Of a stretch of 64,000 nt of DNA, positions 55,902 to 64,000 are shown one piece after another. Source of the DNA: Caldilineaceae bacterium (lineage in GTDB: Bacteria > Chloroflexota > Anaerolineae > Caldilineales > Caldilineaceae); assembly GCA_022824685.1 (NCBI GenBank), contig JAJDZJ010000033.1, forward strand, positions 2,522 through 66,521. Reading direction: 5' to 3'. Both the position numbers and the translations under genes were made by a program. Positions within the stretch are counted from its first letter, which is position 1. Each line of letters opens with the position of its first letter. A model generated the notes under the pieces. The model did no database searches. It saw only the letters and a list, made by a program, of their open reading frames with translations, and was not told the origin of the DNA.

Positions 55902-57104
55902 TTAACGGCGAGGGTAAAAGACATCGAGCAGGGGTTCGATGTCGGTATAGTCATGGCCGTAGGTCTCTTTGAAGCATTCCTGGATCTGTTCCTCAGCTTT
56001 TGAGGGCGAGACAAGGGGGAAGTCCAGCGGCTGCTTGTTCATGAGTGACGATTCTGAGGCCGCCAGTGACATTTCCTGATCGAGGCGGGCTTCCTGCACG
56101 CCGTATGTCGGGTCGATGTCGTTTAGAACGGCGTTGGCGATGCTCATGAGCTGGTCGGCCATGTCGACGCCGCGGCCGTTGTTTTCGCCGACGCCGAGAT
56201 GGGCGTAGGGGTTCTCCCAGACGATCTCCTGATCGGGCAGTTCCAGGCTAATGCGTTCGAGGACCTGCCGTCCGTCAACGTCGATGATCGAGCGCTGCGG
56301 CTCGTAGGCGGCGGCGAGCGCGCCGCTCTGGTAGGTTGCGGGGTCGGTGAAGTAGACGGTGTCCTCGACGATGGCGCCGCGGGTACCGTCGATCTGGGAG
56401 ATGCCGACGGTCTTGCGGCCGAGGGAACGGGCGTGGATAACGTTGGAGTAGATCATGGTGGCGGCTGCGCCATTTTCGAACTCCATGAAGCTGATTGTAC
56501 AGTTTTCCTGGGAATGATGGCGCTTCATACGGTCGATGATGGGTACGACGTCGGTCACGTGGGTGATGCCAAGGATTGACTTTGGGGGGCTGCCGGCGAG
56601 CAGGCGCAGCATGCTCATGCCGTGGTAGCCGCCCTCATGGAAGATGCGGTAGATACGTCCCACCTCGCCGATCACGCCGGAATCGATCACTTTGGCCTGG
56701 AAACGGGCCATGGGGACGCGGTGGTAGTTCTCCGCCACCTCCAGCTTGACGTTGTTGCGTTCGGCGGCCTCGATCATCATGTCGGTCATGGGGCGGGTGA
56801 CGGAGACCGGGGTTTCGACGATGATGTTGATGCCATTCTCGGCCAGGTAGCAGCAGATGGGATGATGGGCATCGCCGGGAACAACGACGTCGACGACGTC
56901 CAGATCCTCACCCGCCACCAGGTCGCTCACACTGGTATAGGCGTTGACCCCGTACTCGGCGGCCACTTCGCGCAGGACCTCCTCCTCTTTGTCGCAGACG
57001 GCGACGAATTCGAACACGTCTTTCAATCTTGGGTAGATTGGCAAGTGGGAACTGCGGCCCCGGCGGCCGAGACCGATTAAGGCCAGCTTCAATTTGCGCG
57101 GCAT
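55902..57104 (-). CDS. Gfo/Idh/MocA-family oxidoreductase
   Basis: LKLALIGLGRRG Rossmann N-terminus, IIVETPVS, 400 aa. Confidence 0.85.
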   Translation of the reverse strand: MPRKLKLALIGLGRRGRSSHLPIYPRLKDVFEFVAVCDKEEEVLREVAAEYGVNAYTSVSDLVAGEDLDVVDVVVPGDAHHPICCYLAENGINIIVETPVSVTRPMTDMMIEAAERNNVKLEVAENYHRVPMARFQAKVIDSGVIGEVGRIYRIFHEGGYHGMSMLRLLAGSPPKSILGITHVTDVVPIIDRMKRHHSQENCTISFMEFENGAAATMIYSNVIHARSLGRKTVGISQIDGTRGAIVEDTVYFTDPATYQSGALAAAYEPQRSIIDVDGRQVLERISLELPDQEIVWENPYAHLGVGENNGRGVDMADQLMSIANAVLNDIDPTYGVQEARLDQEMSLAASESSLMNKQPLDFPLVSPSKAEEQIQECFKETYGHDYTDIEPLLDVFYPRR

Positions 57105-57129
57105 GGTTTGATGTTCCTTGTGGAGTTGT

Positions 57130-57423
57130 CTATCCGAAGCAGATCCAGCGGACCCAATTGTCGGCGCGCAGGCTGTGGTCGGTCCAGGGGGCGAGCAGGA
57201 TCAGGTCGGTCGGTCCGACCGCGGCGCTCTCGCCGTCAATGGTGACGGTGGCCTCGCCCTCCAGGATGTACCAGAAGCGTTGCTCGCCGTGTTTCTCCGG
57301 TTCGAAGGGGTTGGCCGGTGTTGTGATGCGCTCGGCGAAGTGGTCGATCTGTTCCTGCACATCGCGGATCTCATAACCCTTGCGGTTGTTCAGTTCGGGG
57401 ATGGCGCTGCCTTTGATGATCAT
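57130..57423 (-). CDS. Small cupin-like protein
   Basis: EQRFWYILEGEATVTIDGE...PWTDHSL, 97 aa. Confidence 0.55.
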   Translation of the reverse strand: MIIKGSAIPELNNRKGYEIRDVQEQIDHFAERITTPANPFEPEKHGEQRFWYILEGEATVTIDGESAAVGPTDLILLAPWTDHSLRADNWVRWICFG

Positions 57424-57515
57424 GGTGGTGGGACCTGCTCGCTTTTCGTAGTCAATATCCAGTTCCTGGTAACTGCTGCCTGAGCCTGTTCAAGCCCAAG
57501 GGGCAAGGGCGTCAG

Positions 57516-58697
57516 CTATAGTGTGGCGTAGGGGTCGGCGGCGTCGCGCATGCCGTCGCCCATGAAGTTGAAGGCGGTGACGGCGATGACGACCATGAGA
57601 GCAGGCGCGACCATGGTCCACGGAGCGATGGCGACGGCGCTGATGTTCTGGGCTTCCTGCAGGAGGACGCCCCAGCTGATTGCGGGCGGGCGCAGGCCGA
57701 GACCGAGAAAGCTGAGTGCGGTCTCGCTGAGAATCATGGTGGGGATGGCCAGGGTCATGGAGGCGATAATGTGGCTGAGGAAGGAGGGCAGCATGTGGCG
57801 AAGGATGATGCGAAGCTCGCTGCTGCCGGAGAAGCGCGCGGCCATGACGAACTCTTCTTCGCGCAGCTGCAGGAACTTGCCGCGCACGACGCGGGCCATG
57901 CCGGTCCAGCCGATGAAGGAAAGGATTACGGTAATGCTGAAGTAGACATAGAGAATCGGCCAGCCGGGCGGCAGCGCGGCGCTGAGGCCCATCCAGAGCG
58001 GGATCGAGGGGATAGAACGGAGGAACTCGATAATGCGCTGGATGATGTTGTCAATCGTGCCGCCGTAATAGCCGGAGAGGCCGCCCAGAAGTATGCCGAG
58101 GACCAGGCTGATGACGACGCCGATGAGGCCGATAGAGAGGGATAGGCGGGCGCCGTAGGAGACGCGGGAGAACATATCGCGGCCGAGCCGGTCGGTACCC
58201 AGCACGAAGAAGCCCTGTTCTTCATGGGGCACGTCGAGGCCGAAGAGCTTTGTGGTCACAGTAACTTCACCCCAGAGCTTATACTCTTCACTCTTGGGGA
58301 GGAAGCGGATGGGGTGGATGATGGTAGTATCTTCGTGGTAGGTATTACGGAACGTTTCCGGGTCGCGCTCTCGTATGGTCTGATAGATGAAGGGCAGGCG
58401 CAAGTTGCCTTCGGCATCAACGATATGAATTGGTGTCGGTGGATGCAGCTTGTATTTGACGAATTTGGCCTCCGGATCGTAGGGAGCGACAAACTCGCTG
58501 AAAGCCGCGATAAGATAGAAAACAAGAACGACAAAGGTACTAAAGACAGCCACGCGATGGCGGCGATAACGCCACCAGATCAGCTGCCAAAAGGAGGCGA
58601 CTGCAAAGTTTGCCTCATCTTCCCGTGTCTCGAGGTATTGCTCTTCGTCTTCCGATTCATCTGTAAAGGCGGCCGGCCTTTGTTCCTCGTTCGTCAT
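57516..58697 (-). CDS. Opp/Dpp-type ABC permease (OppC-like)
   Basis: Paralogue of 49820-51010. FNFMGDGMRDAADPY. Confidence 0.88.
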   Translation of the reverse strand: MTNEEQRPAAFTDESEDEEQYLETREDEANFAVASFWQLIWWRYRRHRVAVFSTFVVLVFYLIAAFSEFVAPYDPEAKFVKYKLHPPTPIHIVDAEGNLRLPFIYQTIRERDPETFRNTYHEDTTIIHPIRFLPKSEEYKLWGEVTVTTKLFGLDVPHEEQGFFVLGTDRLGRDMFSRVSYGARLSLSIGLIGVVISLVLGILLGGLSGYYGGTIDNIIQRIIEFLRSIPSIPLWMGLSAALPPGWPILYVYFSITVILSFIGWTGMARVVRGKFLQLREEEFVMAARFSGSSELRIILRHMLPSFLSHIIASMTLAIPTMILSETALSFLGLGLRPPAISWGVLLQEAQNISAVAIAPWTMVAPALMVVIAVTAFNFMGDGMRDAADPYATL

Positions 58698-58793
58698 CGG
58701 TTCTATCCAATTTCTGGTTCTTGGAGCCTGGTAACGGCGTCAATGGCGGCGGGTGCGTTCAGCAGAAGTCTTCAAATTGGTGCTGATAAGCAA

Positions 58794-59786
58794 CTACGCC
58801 TCTTCGAGGCGGATACGGGGGTCGACCCATGCCAGCAGCAGGTCGGAAAGCAATGTGCCGATAACTGTGAGCACGCTAAGCATCATGATGAAGCTACCGG
58901 CCAAGAACATATCCTGGTTGATCAGCGCGGTGAATAGCATCGGTCCCGTCGTCTGCAGACTGAGAACGATGGCGACGATGGTCGTGCCCGAGATCAGGTC
59001 GGCCAGCGACCAGCCCACAGTGCTGAAGAAGGGGTTGAGGGCGACACGGGTCGGGTACTTCCAGATCAGCCGGGTCTCTTTGACGCCCTTGGCGCGTGCG
59101 GTTTCCACGTAAGGTTTGTTGAGCTCGTCGAGCAGATTGGCGCGGGTGATGCGGATGCCGTTGGCGGTGCTGCCCACGGCCAGGATCACGATTGGGATCC
59201 AGACGTGGGCCAGCAGATCAAGAATGCGGTCGACGGTCCAGGGCGCGTCCATATATTCGGGGCTAAACAGGCCGCCGACGCTCATATCGGAATAGCTGGT
59301 CACCAGCCACATGATTACCAGGGCGAGCATGAACTCCGGCAATCCTTTGCCAATAAAATTAAGGGCGGTGACGACATAGTCGATCACCGAGTATTGATGG
59401 GTCGCCGAATAGACCCCTAATGGGATGGAGACGAGCCAGCCGAAGAGGAGGGTTGTAAAGGAAAGAATGAAAGTAAGGCCAAGCCGGTCCCAGATCAGGT
59501 CCTCCACCGGTTTCTGGAACAACATCGACGCGCCCCAGTCGCCGCGCAGAAGGATGCCCGAAATCCACTTGAGATACTGAATGTGTTGCGGCTGGCCGAG
59601 GCCGTAGCGCCTTTCCAGCCTGGCCATCAGCACTTCGTCGACTTCATCGCCCTGTTCGCGCAACTGCGCAGCATAGGTAGTCAGATAGTCGCCCGGCGGA
59701 AGCTGGATGATGATGAAGGTGACGACAGAGATCACGAAGAGTGTCGGTATCATCACGGCGAACCGGCCGAGGATATATGAGAACAT
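58794..59786 (-). CDS. Opp/Dpp-type ABC permease (OppB-like)
   Basis: MFSYILGRFAVMIPTLFVISVVTFIIIQLPPGDY... and ARAKGVKE. Confidence 0.88.
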   Translation of the reverse strand: MFSYILGRFAVMIPTLFVISVVTFIIIQLPPGDYLTTYAAQLREQGDEVDEVLMARLERRYGLGQPQHIQYLKWISGILLRGDWGASMLFQKPVEDLIWDRLGLTFILSFTTLLFGWLVSIPLGVYSATHQYSVIDYVVTALNFIGKGLPEFMLALVIMWLVTSYSDMSVGGLFSPEYMDAPWTVDRILDLLAHVWIPIVILAVGSTANGIRITRANLLDELNKPYVETARAKGVKETRLIWKYPTRVALNPFFSTVGWSLADLISGTTIVAIVLSLQTTGPMLFTALINQDMFLAGSFIMMLSVLTVIGTLLSDLLLAWVDPRIRLEEA

Positions 59787-59814
59787 GAGAAACCTCGAGG
59801 AGTGAGTAAAGAGG

Positions 59815-59845
59815 CGTGAGGAGAGAGAAAATCTCTCTCCTCACG
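59815..59845 (-). promoter_or_regulatory. Intercistronic hairpin between the SBP and permease genes
   Basis: Perfect 13-bp arms cgtgaggagagag / ctctctcctcacg with a 5-nt loop, lying in the 79-nt gap. Confidence 0.55.
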
Positions 59846-59865
59846 TTTCGCTCTTCACTTCTCAA

Positions 59866-61893
59866 TTACATATGATTTTCCGGATCTTCCCAGTACCAGG
59901 TGGCGTTGTCGATGATATGCTCATAGACACCGCGGCAGCAGTCCCACGGGTTGCCGGCATGGATGCCTTTGAAGCCGTTCTTGACCATGACGAGGCGGGG
60001 CAGCTCGCCGAAGAAGCCGACGGAAGGCAACTCTTCGGACCAGATTTCGAGGATCTGCTTGAAGAGGTCCGCCTGCGCTTCCTCGCCGGGGGTGGCGCGA
60101 ATCTGATCCCACAGGTCCCAGATTGTCCAGATCCAGTGGCCGGCAGGCGGCTCCTGGGCGATGGGATTGGAGGGATCGAGCTTCCAGGCGGTCCAGGCGT
60201 TGCACCAGGGGCGATCGTTGATGTTTCGGTGCTTGACCCAGATCTGGGGGTCGGCCAACGGCACGAGGTTGCGGTCCATGAAGGAGGTCGTGCATTCGAC
60301 ATCGTTAGACTGGTGGAGCTCGATGCTGAGCGAGCGGTCGACGCCGCGGTAGTTGACTTCGAAACCGAGGTCGCCGAGGTAGTCGATAAAGGTCTGACTG
60401 AGGTCAGAGATCTCGGCGCCGCCCAACATGGTCCAGCTGATGCGCTCGCCGCTGCCGTCCTTCCAGAGGCGGTAGCCGTCGCCGTCCCTTTCTGTGTAAC
60501 CAAGGCCGTCGAGCAGTGCATTGGCCTTGTCGGGGTCATAGTCGAGGTAGGCGTTACTGAGTTTTTCGGAGTGCACTGGCGACTCGACGGGGGGGCCGTA
60601 CTGCATATTTGCTCCAAACCCGTCGTAGATCAGTTCTCTGACGTTGTCGCGGTCGAACCCCAGGGAGACGGCGATGCGGAAGTCACGTTCCTGGAATAGC
60701 TCGCGGCGGCGGTCGTCGTTGGTGGTCATGTTGAAATGGACACCGTAGACGGCGGTCCATCGCCAGAACTGGATCTTGTAATCGCCACTGTCCTCATTTT
60801 CCTTGAGCACGGTGAGATCGGTGTTGCGGATGTGGCGGGACTGGCAATCGATCTCGCCATTGACAAGCCGCAGCGCGTGGACATCAGAGTCGTTGAAGAG
60901 GCGGAAGGAGAGGTCGTCAATGTAGGGCAACTGGTTGCCGGCCGTGTCGACTGCCCAGAAGTAGGGGTTGCGCGTGCAGTTGACAATCTCTTCGGTGTAT
61001 TCGCTTTGCAGCGTCCACGGATAGAGCATGGGGCATTCGGGGTTTTCGTGGCGTCCGCTGCGCATGTCGGTGTAGAGTTCCGTCCAGTTGTCGAGGCCGG
61101 CGTCGGCGATTTTCTGGTCGAGCGCGGCCTGGTCGTCGGTATGGTCCGGATGGAACTGACTCATGTAGGCGGCAGAGCGCACGGGACAGCTGAGGACAAC
61201 ACCGCCTTCCAGATGGAAGAGGGCGTTAGGGCCGGCGAACTTGAAGACGACGGTCGTGTCATCTGGGGCGGTCATTTCGACCGGCACATTTTCGCCCTCG
61301 ACGGGGCTGGTGAGCCAGCCGGGGAAGACAGGTGTGAGGGTCTCGTTCTTCATCTCTTCTTCGAACCAGAAGACGAAGTCGGCGCTGGTGAAGGGCTCCC
61401 CGCTGGACCACTTCATCCCTTCCCGCAGGTTGAAGACGTATTCGGTGGCGTCGTCGCTGACTGACCAGGAGTCGGCGATCATCGGGTTGACGGTGAGTTC
61501 CTGGTTAATCGACAGGATGCCGCGGATGATCACCTGGTTAAGCGCAAAGTGATCGGCCTGACCGCGGAAGCCGGCGCGCCAAAGGCCGCCATAGTTTCCG
61601 GTCCCGTCCAGCCCTTCCAGCACGAGCGGGTTGACGGGCACACGTTCGTCGACGGGCGGCAGTTCGCCGTTGGCGACCATTTCGGCCAGCCGCGGCGCTT
61701 CGTTGTACATGGACCCCGAATCGGGTGCGGCTTCGGCAGCAGATTCGGCCGGCGCCTCTTCCATCGGCTCCTCTGCTGCGGGTTCTCCGCCTGCGCCACA
61801 GGCCACGAGGACGGTGCCTGCGGCCGCCGTCGCTGAGACGCGCATAAACTCACGACGCGTCACGTCGGTTCTTGGAATCTTGAGGCTCCTCAT
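59866..61893 (-). CDS. Family-5 (Opp-type) substrate-binding lipoprotein, 675 aa
   Basis: Tat/lipobox RREFMRVSATAAAGTVLVACG. Large family-5 SBP body. Tandem paralogue of the next gene. Confidence 0.85.
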   Translation of the reverse strand: MRSLKIPRTDVTRREFMRVSATAAAGTVLVACGAGGEPAAEEPMEEAPAESAAEAAPDSGSMYNEAPRLAEMVANGELPPVDERVPVNPLVLEGLDGTGNYGGLWRAGFRGQADHFALNQVIIRGILSINQELTVNPMIADSWSVSDDATEYVFNLREGMKWSSGEPFTSADFVFWFEEEMKNETLTPVFPGWLTSPVEGENVPVEMTAPDDTTVVFKFAGPNALFHLEGGVVLSCPVRSAAYMSQFHPDHTDDQAALDQKIADAGLDNWTELYTDMRSGRHENPECPMLYPWTLQSEYTEEIVNCTRNPYFWAVDTAGNQLPYIDDLSFRLFNDSDVHALRLVNGEIDCQSRHIRNTDLTVLKENEDSGDYKIQFWRWTAVYGVHFNMTTNDDRRRELFQERDFRIAVSLGFDRDNVRELIYDGFGANMQYGPPVESPVHSEKLSNAYLDYDPDKANALLDGLGYTERDGDGYRLWKDGSGERISWTMLGGAEISDLSQTFIDYLGDLGFEVNYRGVDRSLSIELHQSNDVECTTSFMDRNLVPLADPQIWVKHRNINDRPWCNAWTAWKLDPSNPIAQEPPAGHWIWTIWDLWDQIRATPGEEAQADLFKQILEIWSEELPSVGFFGELPRLVMVKNGFKGIHAGNPWDCCRGVYEHIIDNATWYWEDPENHM

Positions 61894-61989
61894 ACAGTTG
61901 TCTCCTTGTTAACTGCAATGGTGAGTGCGGTGCGGTCCGAGGCCAGTGGTGTGTCCTGACCACCAGCCACAGACCACGGCCGACTAAGA

Positions 61990-64000
61990 TTACATATGGT
62001 TTTCCGGATCTTCCCAGTACCAGGTGGCGTTGTCGATGATGTGCTCGTAGACACCGCGGCAGCAGTCCCACGGGTAGCCGGCGTGGATGCCTTTGAAGCC
62101 GTTGCGGACGACGACCGGCCGCGGGAGTTCTCCGAAGTAACCGACGGTGGGCAACTCTCTGCCCCAGATGCGGAGGATTTCCTTGAACAGCTCGTTCTGT
62201 TTGTCGCCGTCGGCGGTGACGCGGATCTCGTCCCAGATGCGCCAGAGGTCCCACTGCCAGTGGCCGTCGGGCGGCGGTTCGCCGATGGGGTTGTCGGGGT
62301 TGACGGACCACATCTGCCAGGCGTTGCCCCAGGGGCGCTCGGTGTTGGCGCGGTTGATCCAGATGACGGGGTCGGCGAGGGGGATGAGGTTGCGGTCCAT
62401 GAAGGTGGTGCGGGCCTCGATGTCGTTGTTGCGGTCGAGCTCCTGGGCAAGGGCGCGTTCTGCGCCGCGATAGTTGATTTCAAAGCCCATATCAGTGAGA
62501 AAGTCGATCAGCATCTGATCATTGTCTGTGACCGTCGGACCGCCCAGCATGGTCCAGCGGATACGCTCGCCGCTGCCATCTTTCCAAAGACGGTAACCGT
62601 CTTCGTCGCGTTCGGTATAGCCGAGGCCGTCAATCAATGCGTTCGCCCTGTCCGGATCAAATTCGAGATGGGCGTTGTTCAGCTCCTCGACGTAGAGGGG
62701 TGATTCGACGGGCGGGCCGTACTGCATATTGGTGGCGGTGCCGTCGAAGACGAGCTCGTTGATGGCGTCGCGGTCCACGCCGATGGAGCAGGCGATACGG
62801 AAATCGCGTGCCTGGAACAGCTCGCGCAGGCGGGGTTCCTTGGCTGTCATGTTCAAGTGCAGACCGTAGACCGCGGTGCGGCGCCAGATCTGGAGTTTGT
62901 AGTCGCCTGCCTCCTCGTTCTCCTTGAGAACGGTGATGTCGGTGTTGCGCACATGGCGGGACTGGCAGTCTATCTCGCCGTTGATGCACCAGAGTGCATA
63001 GACGTCCGGGTCGGTGAACTGACGGAAGGTCAGGTCGTCGATGTAAGGGAGCTGGTTGCCGTCGGTATCGACCGCCCAGAAGTAGGGGTTGCGGGTTGCG
63101 GTGACAAGCGGTTCGGTGAAATCTGTTCCGACTGTCCAGGGCCAGAGCATCGGCGATTCGGGGTTTTCGTGGCGGCCGCTGCGCTTGTCGACGTAGAGAT
63201 CGGTCCACAGTTCCAGGTCGGCGTCGGCGATCATCTGGTCGAGCGCGGCTGGGTCGTCGGTATGGTCCGGGTGGAACTGCTTCATGTACTGGGCGGAGCG
63301 AACGGGGAAGGAGAGAAGGATACCGGCGCTGTAGTGGAAGAGCGCGTTGGGGCTGGCGAACTTGAAGATGACTGTGGTGTCATCGGGCGTATTGAGTTCG
63401 GCGGGCACGTTTTCGCCGTCGACGACGCTGGTGAGCCAGGCCGGGAAGACGGGTGTCAGATCCTCATTGTGGACCTCTTCGTCGTACCAGAACCTGACGT
63501 CGGCGGAGGTGAAGGGGGCGCCGTCCGACCATTTCATGCCTTCGCGCAGATTGAAGGTGAACTCGGTGGCATCGTCGCTGACAGACCAGGACTCGGCAAC
63601 CATAGGATTGATGGTCAACTCCTGGTTGACGGACAAGGCGCCGCGAATGATGACCTGGTTGATTGCGAAGTGGTCGGCCTGGCCGCGGCGGCCGGCGCGC
63701 CAGAGGCCGCCGTAGTTGCCGACGCCGTCAAGGCCTTCGAGCACAAGCGGGGTGGCGGGCAGGCGTTCGTCCACGGGCGGCAGTTCGCCGTTGGCGACCA
63801 TCTCGGCGAGCCGCGGGGCCTCGTTGTACATGGAGCCTGAAGCGGGAGCGGCTTCGGCAGCGGATTCGGCCGGCGCCTCTTCCATCGGGGCTTCGGCTTC
63901 GGGTGCTCCACCTGCGCCGCAGGCGACAAGGACGGTGCCGGCGCCAGCCATCGCTGACAAGCGTACGAAATCGCGACGCGTAACATCGGACTTGATGGGC
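61990..64000 (-). CDS. Family-5 (Opp-type) substrate-binding lipoprotein, 5' end beyond the window
   Basis: The reading frame stays open to the window edge (PIKSDVTRRDFVRLSAMAGAGTVLVACG). The protein is clearly homologous and colinear with 59866-61893. Confidence 0.85.
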   Translation of the reverse strand, partial: PIKSDVTRRDFVRLSAMAGAGTVLVACGAGGAPEAEAPMEEAPAESAAEAAPASGSMYNEAPRLAEMVANGELPPVDERLPATPLVLEGLDGVGNYGGLWRAGRRGQADHFAINQVIIRGALSVNQELTINPMVAESWSVSDDATEFTFNLREGMKWSDGAPFTSADVRFWYDEEVHNEDLTPVFPAWLTSVVDGENVPAELNTPDDTTVIFKFASPNALFHYSAGILLSFPVRSAQYMKQFHPDHTDDPAALDQMIADADLELWTDLYVDKRSGRHENPESPMLWPWTVGTDFTEPLVTATRNPYFWAVDTDGNQLPYIDDLTFRQFTDPDVYALWCINGEIDCQSRHVRNTDITVLKENEEAGDYKLQIWRRTAVYGLHLNMTAKEPRLRELFQARDFRIACSIGVDRDAINELVFDGTATNMQYGPPVESPLYVEELNNAHLEFDPDRANALIDGLGYTERDEDGYRLWKDGSGERIRWTMLGGPTVTDNDQMLIDFLTDMGFEINYRGAERALAQELDRNNDIEARTTFMDRNLIPLADPVIWINRANTERPWGNAWQMWSVNPDNPIGEPPPDGHWQWDLWRIWDEIRVTADGDKQNELFKEILRIWGRELPTVGYFGELPRPVVVRNGFKGIHAGYPWDCCRGVYEHIIDNATWYWEDPENHM

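Overview
High-GC (roughly 60%) bacterial chromosomal window. The gene content (Uma2 nucleases, giant FtsX permeases, Opp-type sugar binding proteins) is reminiscent of Chloroflexota-like genomes, but that is inference only. I count about 55 apparently intact CDS and one tRNA-Pro(GGG). There is no rRNA, no CRISPR array and no intact mobile element.

Layout:
- 1-13.2 kb: mostly minus-strand genes. These are an FN3/LRR surface protein, tRNA-Pro, fmt, nfeD-SPFH, a giant FtsX permease, GH4, hemH, a PhyH dioxygenase and a Grx-TrxR fusion.
- 13.4-24.2 kb: accessory-looking patchwork. It holds two toxin-antitoxin loci, two large CAZyme-like proteins, a Uma2 nuclease, and a sulfatase-AlbA_2-LOG-HEAT gene string.
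- 24.2-44.9 kb: an uninterrupted 17-gene plus-strand catabolic array. Its genes are a cyclase, a sugar ABC transporter, a second giant FtsX permease, Gfo/Idh/MocA + TIM-barrel + SDR genes, a deaminase, an ABM protein, two GGTs, a sulfatase, a PhyH dioxygenase, an enolase-type dehydratase and an RraA-type aldolase.
- 45-48.6 kb: lower-GC zone with two unrecognised tandem membrane-protein paralogues, rdgB, an IS remnant and a frameshifted coiled-coil gene.
- 48.6-64 kb: prs, then an Opp-type transporter split over two convergent units, with an orphan 905-aa protein between two strong terminators.

Best candidates for something undescribed:
1. The duplicated 118-aa two-helix membrane proteins at 45.0-46.0 kb.
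2. The translationally coupled AlbA_2 / LOG / HEAT-zinc-ribbon string beside mazEF.
3. The giant ATPase-less FtsX permeases attached to carbohydrate operons.
4. A Gfo/Idh/MocA + TIM-barrel module that could be a non-hydrolytic (3-keto) glycoside-cleavage pathway.

A recurring theme is that three antitoxin genes are intact while their toxins are inactivated or missing. All functional calls rest on motifs I recognised by eye and from memory. No database search was run.
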